Positions 11,965 through 25,518 of a DNA stretch of 64,000 nucleotides are shown in pieces. The DNA is from Ginglymostoma cirratum (taxonomy: Eukaryota): contig JAHRHZ010000266.1 of assembly GCA_024137785.1 (NCBI GenBank), forward strand, positions 260,738-324,737, in the 5' to 3' direction. The notes beneath the pieces are model-generated. The model saw only the letters and a program-made list of their open reading frames with translations, was not told the DNA's origin and ran no database searches. Made by a program: the position numbers and the translations under genes. The stretch's first letter is position 1. Each line of letters opens with the position of its first letter.

Positions 11965-12715
11965 AAGACAGCAAGAAATATGAACAGGAGTAGGCCATTC
12001 GGCCTCTTGGGTCTGCTTGCCATTCAATAGGCTCGTGGCAGATCTGACATTCCTTCCGTCACTTTCCCATCCTTTCTCCATACCCCTTGATTCCCCAATT
12101 GATCAAGATTCTATCTATCTCAGCCTTAAACATACACAAGAACTCTGCTCCCAATAGTTCTCCATCGCAAGGAGTACCAAAGACGCTCAACTCTCTGATA
12201 GAAGAAATCCTCCTCATGTTGGTCTTAAATTGGCACTGCTTTTTCCTGAGACTATGCCCTCTGATCGTGGACTCTGCCATGAGAAGAAACATCCTCTCAG
12301 CATTTACCCTGTCAAGCCTCTTAAGAATCCGATACATTTCAGTGAGATCACCTCTCTCACCTCTCATTCTTCTACATTCTAATGATTATCATCCCAACCT
12401 GTTTGAAAATTGCTCATAAGTTCATATCAGGGATTATCCTAGTGAACCTTCTCTAAACTGCCTCCAATGAAATAAAATCTTACCTTTCATGAGGGGACCA
12501 AAACGGCTCACAATATTCTAGATATGGTTTTCAATGACACCTTGTACAGTTGCAGTAAGACTTCCCTACTCTTCTACTCTATCTCCCTTGAAATAACAGC
12601 CAACATTCCGTTAGCCTTCCCGATTACCTGCTGTCCCTGTGTGCTAGCTTTCTACGTTTCATGTACAATTGACCCAAGTTCCTTTGTGTTGCAGTTTTCT
12701 GCAGTTTTTCTCAAT
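11965..12715 (-). mobile_element. CR1 LINE 3' fragment
   Basis: RGDLTEMYRILKRLDRVNAERMF...RGHSL in ORF 12059..12367. Confidence 0.8.
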
Positions 12716-12719
12716 TTAA

Positions 12720-13520
12720 AGGGGTACCCCATCAATTTTCATATCATCTGTGAGCTTATAGGTTATATTTGTTAAGCAAAAAGAACTGAGCTGACTTGTT
12801 TCTGATAACAAATTAAATACAGGGTCATTGAAAGGGGGAAATAATGTTTTAAAAGAAAGAAAATAACAGTTCAGGTTTAGCAAAGTGTGGAGCTGGAGGA
12901 ACACAGCAGGCCAGGCAAGGGTCCCAAACCAAAACGTCAGCCTTCCTGTTTCTCTGATGCTGCCTGGCCTGTTGTGTTCCTCCAGCTCCACACTTTGTCA
13001 TCTCTGACTTCAGCATCTACAGTTCTTGCTATCTCAGTTCAGGTTTATTGTATTCTAGAGTAAAACTACACTCAATAAAATATTACATTTCAAGGCATGC
13101 ATGTTTCCGCAGCAGAAGCGGATTAATTGACCACCAACAAATTGAAAACTCTGGCTAGGCAGTTGCAGATAAAATTCAGACCAAAAGCAAAGAAACAAGA
13201 AATTTTAAAACGAGTGGCCAACTATCTGGTATTAAATTGGGAGATGCAGATAAAGTGTAGAATTCTGGGCAAGGGTTCAATTAGACCAGAAGGACATGGA
13301 ATGAGAATTTCAAAGGAAAGAGAAAAACATTTCAAAAAGTAAAAGAGAAGACAGTTAGGAAGAAACAGAAAAAGTGAAAGAGGCAAGAGGGGAGAGATAT
13401 GGGAATTTTTAAAAGTTTGAACTTAGAGAGGAGGATCAACTGAAATCAGTGAAGGTGCTGACGGGAAAAGGTCTCCCTCAACCCAGGGCCAAATGAGGTG
13501 TTTTTCATATTATAAACATT
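12720..13520 (+). mobile_element. Possible Gypsy gag N-terminal remnant
   Basis: LKTLARQLQI...KKQEILKRVANYL followed by an E/K/R-rich stretch, resembling fish Gypsy gag starts. Confidence 0.35.
12880..13034 (+). mobile_element. PLE mini-hairpin with TSD
   Basis: Inverted arm caaagtgtggagctggaggaacacagcaggccaggc, then a forward unit plus tail. TSD cagttcaggttta at 12867-12879 and 13035-13047. Confidence 0.85.
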
Positions 13521-14233
13521 TACTGTGAAAATAGAAACTAGGAGCATGAGTACGTTATTCAGCCCTTTAATCCTGCTCCTGTTCGATACGATCATGACTG
13601 ATCCTCCATCTCAACACCATATTCTCACCTTCTACCCTTGACATTATCTACCTCCTTCTTAAATATATTTGGTGATTTGGTCTCCACAGCTTCTGTGGTA
13701 GAGAATTCTGCAGGTTAACCATCCTCTGTGTATAAAATTATTTCCATATCTCAGTACAAAAGGGCCTACCCCATATTCTGAGACTGTGACTTTCAGTATT
13801 CCTGATTCTTAGGTGTATTTTTCTGCTTTACACCTTTTCTTTCTCGTGTTAATTTCTACCTCTGTGGTCATCCAGTGATCTCTGAATTTGTTTGTCCTAC
13901 CTTTTGTATTAGAGGGAATACATCTCAACTGTACCTGAACGATCTGATCCTTGAAGGTGTCCCTTTGATCGATTACTGATCTTCCTGCCAACATTATTCC
14001 AATCAATCCTACTCAACTTTGATCTAGTCCCAATAAGGTATGGTCTCTGCCAATTGATTTTTCTTATTTTGGATTATTGCATGTCATTCTCTAAGATCAA
14101 CCTGAACCTTATGATATAATGATCACTATCTGCTAAATGTTCCCCTACTAACTTTTGTTAGGTGAAATTTGAAATGACATGTACTGTTCTGGTTGCTACA
14201 TTATCGAGTACAGAAACAGTTTACCAGGATGTT

Positions 14234-14465
14234 ACAAAAACAGAAGTCGCTGGAAAAGTTCAGCAGGTCTGGCAGCATCTGTGAAGAGAAATCAAAGTTA
14301 ATGTTTCAGGTTTGGTGACCCTTCCTCAGAATGGTTCTGAGGAAGGGTCACTTGACCCGAAACGTTAACTTTGATTTCTCTTCACAGATGTTGCCACACC
14401 TGTTGAGCTTTTCCAGCAACTTCTGTTTTTGTTTCTGATTTACAGCATCCACAGTTCTTTCGGTT
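14234..14465 (+). mobile_element. PLE mini-hairpin (family B) with TSD, inserted in CR1
   Basis: ~98-bp inverted arms meeting at cctcagaa-tgg-ttctgagg, plus a tail. TSD tttaccaggatgtt at 14220-14233 and 14466-14479. Confidence 0.9.
14334..14370 (+). ncRNA. Minimal type I hammerhead ribozyme motif
   Basis: CTGAGGA-a-GGGTC-actt-GACCC-GAAA-CG-TT-A. Confidence 0.7.
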
Positions 14466-14959
14466 TTTACCAGGATGTTGCCTGGTTTAGAGGGTATTAC
14501 CTATGAGGAGAGATTGGACAAACTTGACTTTATTTCACTTAAAAGTCAAAGGATGAGGGGTGAACTGATAGCAGTTCACAAAATTATGAGGCATGGATAG
14601 AATGGATAGTTGGAGTCTTTTTCCCAGGATAGAAAGGTCAATTACTAGGGGACATAGGTTTAAGGTAAAAGACACTAAGTTTAAAGAAGATATGAGAGGT
14701 AAGTGGTAAGTGCCCAGAATGCACTGCCAAAGGAGGTGGTGGAGGTAGATGCAATAGCAACGTTTGAGAGGAATCCTGACAGATATATGAATGGGCAGAG
14801 AATAGAGGAATATTGATCGCATACAGGCAAAAAATTTTTAGCTTAGGAAGGCAACATGTGGAAGCACAGTCTTGGAGGGTGAAAGGGCTTGTTCCTTTGC
14901 TGTATTGTTCTTTGTTCTTTGACAGTTCATCCACTTGGCCCACCTCATTTCTAAGGATC

Positions 14960-15300
14960 AGGTTTATTTTGACTTATTCTTCGGATGAAGGCATCACTGA
15001 CTATGCTGGCTTTTATTGCACATCCTTACTTGTCCAGAGAGCAGTTAAGAGTCAATCACCTTGTTATGGTTATGGAGTCACATGTAAAGGTAAGGTTGGC
15101 AGATTCCTTCCTTCAATGACATTAGTAAACCAAATGGGTTTTTTCAACAATCAGCAATAGATTCATGGTCATCATTAGATTCTTAATTCCAGATTGTTAT
15201 TGAATTCAAATTCGACTATTTGCCACGGCAGGATTTGAACCCAGGTCCGTTGGTTTCTGGATTAACAGTCCAGCGATAACAACACGAGGCCATTGCCTGC
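14960..15300 (-). mobile_element. SacSINE1/Deu-like SINE
   Basis: Reverse complement of the 8074-8413 family. Confidence 0.7.
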
Positions 15301-15329
15301 CTGGGTCCAACAGTGCATCCTTCTTTGTT

Positions 15330-17310
15330 GGACTGGACACACACTGTCATAGGAACCTCTCCTTAATACAGTCCTATAACACCTGCCCCTTGTTGCCCCT
15401 TACGCAACCAGTATCCCAGTCTGTATTTGGGTAAGTGAAGTCTCCTATCACAATTGCTCTATAATGTTGGCATTTGTCTGTAATTTCACTGCAGATTTGT
15501 TCATCTATATCCTTTTCACCAGAGGCATAGAGTCATAAGGCACAGAAACAGACTCGTCGGTCTAACTGGTCCATGCCAAACATAATCCCAAACTAAACTA
15601 GTCCCACCTGCCTGCTACTGGTCCATATCCCCCCAAACCTTTCATATTCATGTACTTATCCAACTATCTTTTCAACACTGTAACTGTGCCTGCATCCACC
15701 ACCGTCTGTGTAAAAAAAAACTGCCCCAAATCTTTTTAAAATTTTTCTCCTTTCACCTTAAAAATGCGTCCCCTTGTCTTAAAATCCCCAATCATAGGGA
15801 AAAGACACCTACCATTAACTTCATCTATGCCCCTCATGATTTTATAAACCTCTTATGCTTCCATGAAAAAAGTCACAGCTTATCCAGACTTTCCTATAAC
15901 TCAAACTGTCCATACCTAGCAATAAGCTGGTAAATCTTTACTGAACCCTGTCTGCATAATAATATCCTTCATAAACAGGGTGACTAGACTGGACACAGTA
16001 CTCCAGGAGAGGCCTCACCAATGTCCTGTACAACTTCAACATGACACCCAAAATTTTGTACTCAAGGACTGAGCAATGTAGTTTCTGTAATAGCTATGAT
16101 GTCCCAATCCCGTGTTCCTAAACATGCCCTGAGTTCATACCTATAAGACTTCTTGGATTGAAATCAATGCAGTTTAATTCTTCAGTATTATTACATTCTC
16201 TAACTTTCTCTTGTCTTTCTTTTCTCATCAATTTGCTCTTTCACATTCAGAACTTTCCTCATCAATCTTTCTATTTACACTGCTACTTAGAATTCCCCCA
16301 CTCCTCCATCTCTAGCAGTATAAGGTCTCCTTTAATGGAACTCACAATTCTCGCTGCTAAAGATATTGGTCCCTTTCCAGTTCAGGTTAAACTGCTTCTT
16401 TTTGAACAGGTATTTTCAGTTCCAGAACAGATTCCAGTTGTCTAAAAGCCTGAAACCCTGAAGATTACACCACCTTTTCAGCCATTGACTTATCTCCTTT
16501 ATCCTTTTGTTCCCTCCCTCATTCGAGTTTGGCATTAGGAGTAAACCAGAAATTGCTACTTTTAATGAGCATGGGGCTGGATGAACACAGCAGGCCAAGC
16601 AGCATCATAGGAGCAGNNNNNNNNNNNNNNNNNNNNNNNNNNNNNNNNNNNNNNNNNNNNNNNNNNNNNNNNNNNNNNNNNNNNNNNNNNNNNNNNNNNN
16701 NNNNNNNNNNNNNNNNNNNNNNNNNNNNNNNNNNNNNNNNNNNNNNNNNNNNNNNNNNNNNNNNNNNNNNNNNNNNNNNNNNNNNNNNNNNNNNNNNNNN
16801 NNNNNNNNNNNNNNNNNNNNNNNNNNNNNNNNNNNNNNNNNNNNNNNNNNNNNNNNNNNNNNNNNNNNNNNNNNNNNNNNNNNNNNNNNNNNNNNNNNNN
16901 NNNNNNNNNNNNNNNNNNNNNNNNNNNNNNNNNNNNNNNNNNNNNNNNNNNNNNNNNNNNNNNNNNNNNNNNNNNNNNNNNNNNNNNNNNNNNNNNNNNN
17001 NNNNNNNNNNNNNNNNCAGCATCTGCAGTACCTTTTATCTCTGATACATTGCTACTTTTAATGTTTCTTTTTAAACTCCTACCTAACCTCTTATATTCAC
17101 TCTGTAAAGTTTTAGTCTTCTCCCTTAAAATGTTATTCCTATCAATGTGTACAATAATTTCCGACTTCTCAATCTTCGATTTAACAATATGCTTGAAATG
17201 TTTTGAGACGTCCTTAAACTTAGTACCAGGAAAGCAACATGCCATCCTAAGTTTACGCTCACTGCTGCAGAATTTCCTGTCTGTGCCCCAAAGCTGCTTA
17301 TAGCAGTTAA
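15330..17310 (-). mobile_element. CR1 fragments (3' end, endonuclease, ORF1 SGNH-esterase part)
   Basis: ORF1-like CFPGTKFKDVS..IVHIDRNNI and ISGLL..WC..QGFRLLDNWNLFW; 3' end at 15525-16075. Confidence 0.7.
16568..17047 (+). mobile_element. Young PLE inverted element spanning an assembly gap
   Basis: Inverted arm before the N run and tail after it. TSD attgctacttttaatg at 16552-16567 and 17048-17063. Ends closely match the 51788-54471 subfamily. Confidence 0.8.
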
Positions 17311-17454
17311 AGGAGTCTGTAAGGACAAATCAGGTCTTACAACTTATGCTATGGATGTTATGGATAGAGGAGGGTTCGCACGTGTAAAACAGCATCATTA
17401 TCACCTCGGTCCTAAGAAACGGCCCACCTGAAAGAAGCAACCCATGTTGGAAAA

Positions 17455-17933
17455 GACCCAATGGAAGGAGTTCTTGTGGTGTAGTGGTAGTGTCCCTACC
17501 CCTAAGCTAGGAGTCCCAGCTTCAAGTCCCACCTGCTCCAGTCGTGTGTCATAACATCTCTGAACAGGTTGGTTAGAAAAATAGGTTAAATTTAAAAAAC
17601 GGAAATCGGTGGTGGTGGGCAAGGCCTCTTGTGGTATGGTGGTAGTTTCACTAGCCCTGGACTAGAGGGCCCAGGTTCAAGTCCCACCTGCTGCAGAGGT
17701 GTGTAATAACATCACCAAGGAAGTTGATTAGAGAAGTAGATTAAATAAGAAATCTGAGGTATTAAGGTAGAAAAGAATGAGTACCAAAACAAATCTGTCT
17801 TTTCCTTTACGTTCTTTTTGATTTGTTCATGGCATGTGAGCGACATTGGCTAGGCTAGTATTAAAGTAAAAGAACTAATGGAAAGAGCTCTTGTGATGCA
17901 GTGGGAGTATCCCAATCCCTAAACCAGGAGACC
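17455..17933 (+). repeat. Tandem array of short tRNA-like SINE units (left part)
   Basis: Units with tggtgtagtgg (A box), ggttcaagtcc (B box) and acctgctccag..ataacatctct; the third unit is cut at 17933. Confidence 0.7.
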
Positions 17934-19839
17934 GATGAAATAACTCCACAGCAGCCGGTATCCCCTCACCAAGTCACTCTTTATTTACACATGAAGTGCT
18001 CTTGCCTCCAGTACGACCTCATTCAGACTCAGCCCTCATCGTACAGAACCTCTGACATTCCTCTTTTTATCTGTCAGCCAGGGCTCCCTGTTTGGACCAG
18101 ATCAACAGCTCTAATCAGGGAACTCATTTTCTATGAGTTCCAGCTGGCTGACCTTATAACAATCACTACATCCCTTCCATTCTGAGTCCAAGGCTATAGT
18201 CCGGTCCTTTCTCTTGGAGAGTCTCCTGGCGTGTTTTTACTCCGGGTCAGTTTTCCCTGACTTGGCATCTGACACAGGTAGCATGTAATGCACAGGAGCT
18301 CACCTCTTGCACCAGGAGCACCTCGTGTGATTTTCACTTTCTCCTTCCAGTGGCAAAGGCATTGAGGTGGCTACATCCATCATGTCCATCTCTGATTCAG
18401 AGGACCCATCAATGTTTGACAGAGAGGGTGAACGCATGGGTTACGGCAGCTATTCTGGTGATGTCCCTGTATTTGCATGGGGGAGGTGTGGTCCTATAAT
18501 CAAATAAGAACCAGGATAGCTTGGTATCTAGCGAGGCTGCAGGCTGTTTTTCAAGTCTGCCTTCAAAGTGTGGACTGCTTTGCCAGGTCATTGGATGTGG
18601 GATGGTATGGAGCTGGACTTGTATGTCAAATCCCATTCAACTTTAGGAAACACCCAAATTCCTTGCTGGTAAAGGATGGATGGCCCATTATCTGTGAACA
18701 ACATTTTCAAGACTTCATGCATTGAAAAAGACACACGCAATTTTTCTATCATCATCCCCATGTTTGACAAATGGACTCTATGCATGTCCAACCACTCTGA
18801 GTGGGTTTTTACAATGACTAAGAACATTGAGCCAATGAAAGAACCTGCATAGTTGACATGCAACCGAGCCCAAGATTTACCCAGCCATTCCCACATAAGT
18901 GGGGAGCTGTTGGCCAAACCTTTTGTCCATGTTGGCACTCTAGGCATTGCCACCGCCAATGCAGATTTATCTGCATTCAAGTCTGACCTCCAGACATAAC
19001 TTCTCGCTAACATCTTCATTTTGGAGACTCCCTGGATGGCCCTGGTGGAGTTCAGCCAATATTACCGGTGACATTTGCTCGGGACAATCACTCTTGCTCC
19101 CTATAATAATATGCCGTCCTCTATTGTAAACTGGTCTCTCCGGGTCAAATAAGGTTTCAATTCTAGTTGTGATGGCCCTTAGGTATCCTCCATCACCACC
19201 AGTTGTTTCAGTTTGACAGGACTGGATCTTTATGTTCAAAGTCTGATATAGTCAGCTGTGACTGGGAACATGTTAAGAAAATTTAACACCGTTACAGACT
19301 CTTCCATTGGGGTTACCACCAGTGGTGTACCTGCTGATAGGAGGTGGCTCAATGCATCCACATTCACTACTTGGCCCCCCAGACGGTGTTCTAACTTGTA
19401 ATTATAAGCACTTAATATTATAGCCCACTGCTGAGTGCCTTGTCCTCTTTGAGCAGACTCGGTAGAGGTTTGTGGTCCTTGATAATCACAAATTTTCATC
19501 CACAAAGGTATTGGTGAAACTTCCAGACTCCAGATATGAGCGCCAATCCTTCCCCCTCTATCTGGATGTATTTACGCTCTGCATTGGCCAAAGTCCTGAA
19601 TGCATACGTTCCTCTCCACTGGGCCACCTATGAGCTAATACCACCCTAATGCCATGCAGGGAGACTTTGTATATCAATACCAGATCTTTCTTGGGATCAT
19701 AGTGTGCCAATATCTCAGAGGATGATAGCTGTTTATTTACTTTCCTGAAAGCTAGGGCTTGGCTACATGGTCATTTCCAAGGCTGGCCCTTTTTCAGGAG
19801 TTGATGCAAAGGTGCGAGGATGGAGGCCAGGTTATGTAT

Positions 19840-22800
19840 GTACTAGTCTTGGCAACATCCTCGTAAATTTTCTTTGCACACTTTCCAGTTTAACTATGTC
19901 TTTCCTATACAAGGGTGACCAAAACTGTACACAATACTCCAAACGTGGTCTTATACAACTTAAACACTTACACAACTGTAACGTAACGTCCCAACTCCTA
20001 TACTCAATGCCTGAACTGATGAAGGCCAGCATGCTAAATGCTTTCTTTACTACCCTATCTACCTGTGATGCCACTTTCAGCGAACTATGTACTTGTACTC
20101 CTAGGTCCCTCCGTTCCACAGCACTCCCCAGGACCTTGTCATTTACTGTATAAGTGCTATCTTGGTTTGATTTTTCAAAGTGCAACACTTCACACTTATC
20201 TGTACTGAATTGCATTTGCCAAACCTCAGCCCACTTCCCCATCTGATCAAGACCCTTCTGTACTTTTTGATAATCTTCCTCACTATCAACGATACCTCCT
20301 AATTTTGTATCATCCTCAAACTTACTACTCATGCCTTATACATTCACATCCAGACCATTTTTGTAAATAACAGATAATAAAGGTCCCAGCACCAACCCCT
20401 GTGGCACTCCATTAGTCACAGGCCTTCTTTCCGAAAAACGACCTTCAACTACCACCCTCTGCTTCCTACCATCGAGCCAATTTTGAATCCAATTAGCTAG
20501 CTCTCCCTGGATCGCATGCAACCTAATCCTCATGACCAGCCTTCCATGTGCGACCTTGTCAAAGGCCTTATGAGAGTCCACACAGACAACATCCACTGCC
20601 CTACCCTCATCTTTCCTTTTGGTTACCTCTTCAAAAAAACTTTAAAAGATTTGTCAGACATGACTTCCCACGCGCAAACCCATGCTGACTATCCCAAATC
20701 AGACTTTGACCATCCATACATAGGTTGATCCTGTCCCTTGGTATCCTCTCCAATAACTCATCTACTACTTATGTCAGGCTCACTGGCCTGTAATTCCCTG
20801 GCTTGTCTTTGCCAGTTTCTTAGGCAATGGAACAATATTAGCCACCCTCCAGTCTTGCAGAACTTCACTCGTGGATAAAAATGAAACAAAAATCTCTGCA
20901 AGGGCCTTTCAATTTCTTCCCTAGCCTCCCACAATGTCTGAGGACAGACTTGATCAGGCCCAGGGGATTTATCCACTTTGATGCACTTTGAGGCTGCAAA
21001 CACCTCCTCTCTGGTAATACGTATGCAGTCTAAAACACCCCCACTTGTTTCCTGTATTTCCTTAGCATCCATGATTTGCTCCTCCGTAAACAGTTTGGAG
21101 AAATATTCATTAAAAATCTCCCCCATTCCTGTGGCTCCACACAAAGACAGCCATGCTGATCCTTAAGGGGACCTATACTCTCCCTAGCCACTGTTTTACT
21201 CTTAATATAGCTATAGAACCTCTTGGGATTATCTTTAACCTTACCTGCCAGATCCATCTCATACCCTCTTTTTGCTCTTCTGATTTTCCTCTAATGCATA
21301 GATCATAGAATCCCTACAGTGTGGATACAGGCCCTTCAGCCCAACAAGTCCACACTGACCATCAGACCTTCCCACCCAGCCCATCCCCCTATAACCCACC
21401 TAGTCTACACATCCCTGAACACTATGGGCAATTTAGCATGGCCAATCCACCTAGCCTGCACATCTTTGGACTGTGGGAGGAAACCAGAGCACCTAGAGGA
21501 AACCCACACAGACACGGGGAGAATGTGCAAACTCCACACAGACAGTTGCCCGAGGGTGGAATCAAACCTGGGACCCTGGTGCTGTGAGGCAGCAGTGCTA
21601 ACCACTGAGCCACCATGCCACCCTCTACGTGCTCCTACACTTCTTACAGTCAACTAGGGATTCACTTGAACTCGATAGTTTAAACCCAATGTATGCCTTC
21701 TTCTTCTTCCTGACCAGAGCCTCAATATCCCTTGTCAAGCAGGGATCCCTACTCCCACCAGTTTTTCCCTTCACCCTACAAGGGTCATACTGTCCCTAGA
21801 CTCTTGATATCACACTTTTAAAAGCCTCCCATTTGCCAGTCGTTCCTTTTCCTTCAAACAGATTCACTCAATCGACCTCTGCTAAATTGGCCCTGCTCCA
21901 GTTTAGCACCTTAACCTGTGGAAGAAAGTTATGGTCACTGGACCCAAAGTGCTCTCTGACTGACACTTGCCCGACCTCATTTCCTATGGGAGGTCCAGTG
22001 CTGCACCCTCCCAAATAGGGCCCTCGACAGACTGATTTAGGAAACTTTCTAGGACACATTTAACAAATTACACCCCATGCAGGTCTTTTACAGTCTGGGT
22101 GGCTCAGTCAATACAGAAGAAATTAAAATCTCCAACCAATACTACTCTACTTTCCTACAGATGTCTGCAATCTCTCTACACATGTGCTCCTCTAGTACCT
22201 TCTGGCTGTTTGGGGGCCTAAATACACTCCCAACAGAGTGACCATCCCCTTTTAGTTTCTACGTTCTAACCATATAGCCTCATTTGATGACCCCTTAAGA
22301 ATATCCTTTGTAAGCACTGTTGTTGTGTCCTCCCTTATCAAAAGGGCAACTTCCCCTGCTCACTTACTTGTACTTCTATCACACCTGTAGCTTCTGTATC
22401 CTGGAACAGTGAGCTGCCAGTTCTACACTTCTCTCAACCATGTTTCTGTTATGGCTATAGTATCCTACTCAACAGAGCTAGTCCATGCTCTGAGCTCTCT
22501 GCCTTACCAGCCAGGCCTTATGTGTTGAAATAAATGCACTTAAAACCAGACGTCTTTTCTCTCCATTTACTGTGCTTCTGACTATCCTGAATAGTAAACT
22601 TGCCCTCGATGGCTAATGTATTTTCCCCTAACTTCTCGATGACCTCTCTCTTATTCAGAGTCCCATGTGCCCCAACCCCCACCAAACTAGTTTAAACATT
22701 CCCAGGTAATACTAGCAAATTTCCCTGTGAGGATATTGGACCCTCTCCGGTACAAGTGCAACCCATCCCTCTTGTACAGGTCACGTCTACTCCAGAAGAG

Positions 22801-23590
22801 ATCCCAATCATCCAAGAACTGAAAACCCTTCCCCCTACACCAGCTCCACACCCATGCATTCATCTGGCCAATCTTTGTATTTCTATCCTCACTGGCGCAT
22901 GGCACTGGAGTAACCTGGAGATCACTACCCTTGAGGTCCTGCTTTTTAACTTCTTACCTAACTGCCTGTACTCATTTCACAGGACCCCATCCCTTTGTCT
23001 ACCTATGTCATTTGTACTGATGTGCACAATGACCTCCAGCTGCTCAGTCTCCCCCTTCAAAATGTTCTACAACTGCTCAGAGACAACCTTGACCCTGGAA
23101 CCTGGGAGGCAACACATCATCCTGGTGTCTCTCCTGCGGCCACAGAATCTCTTGTTTGTCCCCCTCATAACTGAGTCACCTATCAGTATCACTCTGTCAG
23201 ACTGCACACTTTCCCTCTGAGCCTCTGAGCCGGTCACTGTGCCACTGACCTAACTGCTGTTGCTAGCTCCAGAAAGGTCATTCCCTGTAATAGTATCCAA
23301 ACCTTTTATTGAGGAGCATGGCCACAGGGGAACTCTGCACTATCTGCCTTGCCCCCTTACCTCTTCTGGCAGTCACCCAACAACCTGCAGCCTGTACCTT
23401 TGGAGTGACCACTTCACTAAAGCTCTTATCAATGATGTTCTCTGCACCCTGGATGATCCTGAGTGCATCCAGCTCCAACTCCAGTTCCCTAAAGCAGCTG
23501 CAGCCGGGTGCACTTCTTACAGGCATAGCCACCAGGGACACTGGAAGTCTTGCTGATTTCCCACATCCTGCAAGAGGAGAATGCCACTGC
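19840..23590 (-). mobile_element. Long CR1/HER1-like LINE (ORF1 esterase, APE, RT) inserted in the Gypsy pol
   Basis: GFQFLDDWDLFW..DGLHL, HFGSSDHN, DKSPGPD, KAFDKV, GVPQG.VLGP, KFEDDTKLGG, RPRLEYCVQFWSP. Confidence 0.9.
21303..21620 (-). mobile_element. HE1-like SINE
   Basis: Full-length reverse-complement copy inside the CR1. Confidence 0.9.
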
Positions 23591-25287
23591 CCTAACTGGC
23601 ATCCCTACTGCCTTCAGTCTAGACAGAAAGACAGTAGAGTTAAAGAGCCCTTACCTGCTCTTAACTGTAACCCTGCTCAGACTCTTCGCACCGAAAATTT
23701 TTGAACACTTCAACTCTAACACTGGCCAACTCTCTTAATAGCTGCTCCCTTGTACACCTTTACCTTGCCAATCGTCCTCCTCACAGAGCCCTTTTGTTTT
23801 GGTCAGAGGAGGAGAGAGGGAGGGAAACACCAATGTACTTCTGGGAATCTTCGTCTAAACACAATTGCAAGTAAGCATGGCTCATGTCCAGCCTTGTGAA
23901 AGACAGCATCCCCCTGCCAGCTCTGAGTATAAATCCTCTAAGGGATTGGGTATTTATCCAGCTGCAAAAAGCAGTTTACCATTTATTTAAAATCCCCACA
24001 AAGGCGAACTGGCCATTGGGCTTCACAATCGGTAGAACTGGTACTGCCCATTCTGCAAATTGGACTGGTTTGGTTAATTCCTTCTGTTTCCAGCCTTCTG
24101 ATTTCTACCTCTACTTTTGCCCATAAAGCAAATGGCACTGGTTGGGCCTTGCAAAAGTGTGGAATTGCTTCCTGGTTAACAAAAAAAGTGGCCTTGGTTC
24201 CTTTGATAGTCCATAGACCTTCCTGAAAAACCCCAGGGTATTTAATCAGGACTTCACTCAGGCAGCTATTTTCCAATTGAAAAATATTGAGTCAATCTAG
24301 GTGAATCTTTCTCGCCCAATTCCACCCCACCAAGCTTGAGACTGAGCCTTTTACTACAATCAGTGGTAACTGAACTAGTTGCTTGTCATAAGAAACCACA
24401 ACCGAAATTGTACTCTTAATCTGTAAAGGTTTCCTTGTTGAGGTTCTCAGCCTAGCTGCGATCTGGTGCAATCTTAAGGGCTATAGTCCAGAGCGAATTT
24501 TGTTAAAAACTGATTCAGCGATCACTGATACAGCTGTGCTGGTATCAACTTCCATTAGAACCAGGTGACTTTTAACAAGCTGTCTATTTTGACTGGTTCT
24601 AATTTTGATGTTGCTAAGCATATTTAACTGTTCCAAACCAGATGTAAATGGACTTTCCAGTGTATGAACTCGACTGCATACTCTCCTAGATAATGGTCTA
24701 TGAGTTCTCTTACTCAATTTAGGCCATTTAGCCGTCTTGAGATTGCATACCTGCAGCAATTAACAGCCAGCCTGCATCCTGAAGAAAATTTTAACCATTT
24801 GGCCGAGGCTTGGTTTTGTTTTGGGGTTTTGCAGTGAGCTGACTTAGACTCCCTCTGATCATGATATATCCTGAGAAAGGCTACGTAATTGCCTGCATTC
24901 AAGTGGTGTTCCCCAAACTCAGTTGGCTGGCGAAAGTGATCACTTCCATCAGCATAGCCTGCAACTCATATGCTCCACTTGCCACATTTTCCAATGATAA
25001 AGCCAGTTGCAGTGCATGTTTGAAGTCCAGTTGGACTTCAGCTAGTAGGCTGTTTTGCATAGTTGCATCATTAATCCCACTCTTGTCACCCCTTTCACCA
25101 AATCACCCTTTACACACGAAGAGTTCTTGCCTCTAGTACAACCTCATTCAGACCCAGCCCTCAGAGTACAGAACCTCTGACATTCCTCTTTTTATCTGTC
25201 GGACAGGGCTCCCTGATTGGACTGGATTAACAACCCCAAACAGGGATCTCATATTCAGTGAGGTCTATTGAGCTGACCTTGGTACAA

Positions 25288-25502
25288 GGTGTAGAGCTGG
25301 ATGAACACAGCAGGCCAAGCAGCATCACAGGAGCAGGAAAGCTGACGTTTCGGGCCTTGACCCTTCTTCATTTTTTCTGAAGAAGGGTCTAGGCCCGAAA
25401 CGTCAGTTTTCCTGCTCCTCTGATGCTGCTTGGCCTGCTGTGTTCATCCAGTTCTACACCTTATTATCTCAGATTCTCCCGCATCTGCAGTTCCTACTAT
25501 CT
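25288..25502 (+). mobile_element. PLE mini-hairpin (family A) in the Gypsy 5' LTR
   Basis: ~85-bp near-perfect inverted arms joined at cttcttca-tttttt-ctgaagaag, plus tail. TSD ctgaccttggtacaa at 25273-25287 and 25503-25517. Confidence 0.9.
25374..25407 (+). ncRNA. Minimal type I hammerhead ribozyme motif
   Basis: CTGAAGA-a-GGGT-ctag-GCCC-GAAA-CG-TC. Confidence 0.75.
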
Positions 25503-25518
25503 CTGACCTTGGTACAAT

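Larger units (their letters stand above)
13530..14920. mobile_element. CR1 LINE fragments (minus 13530-14160, plus 14180-14920)
   Basis: CR1 ORF2 motifs (FTRMLPGL..YEERL) and tail repeats (ttctttgttcttt). Confidence 0.7.

Noticed and set aside
16519-17245. Long ORFs containing X runs (also 52121-52651)
   Set aside because: Artefacts of translating N gaps.
17468-17535. Genuine tRNA genes
   Set aside because: A/B boxes are present but no consistent cloverleaf, and the units are diverged and share non-tRNA 3' extensions; these are SINE heads.
21319-21657. Recurrent ORFs such as MVAQWLALLPHS... and ...CGRKPEHLEETH... looking like a multigene family
   Set aside because: They are translations of HE1 SINE copies.
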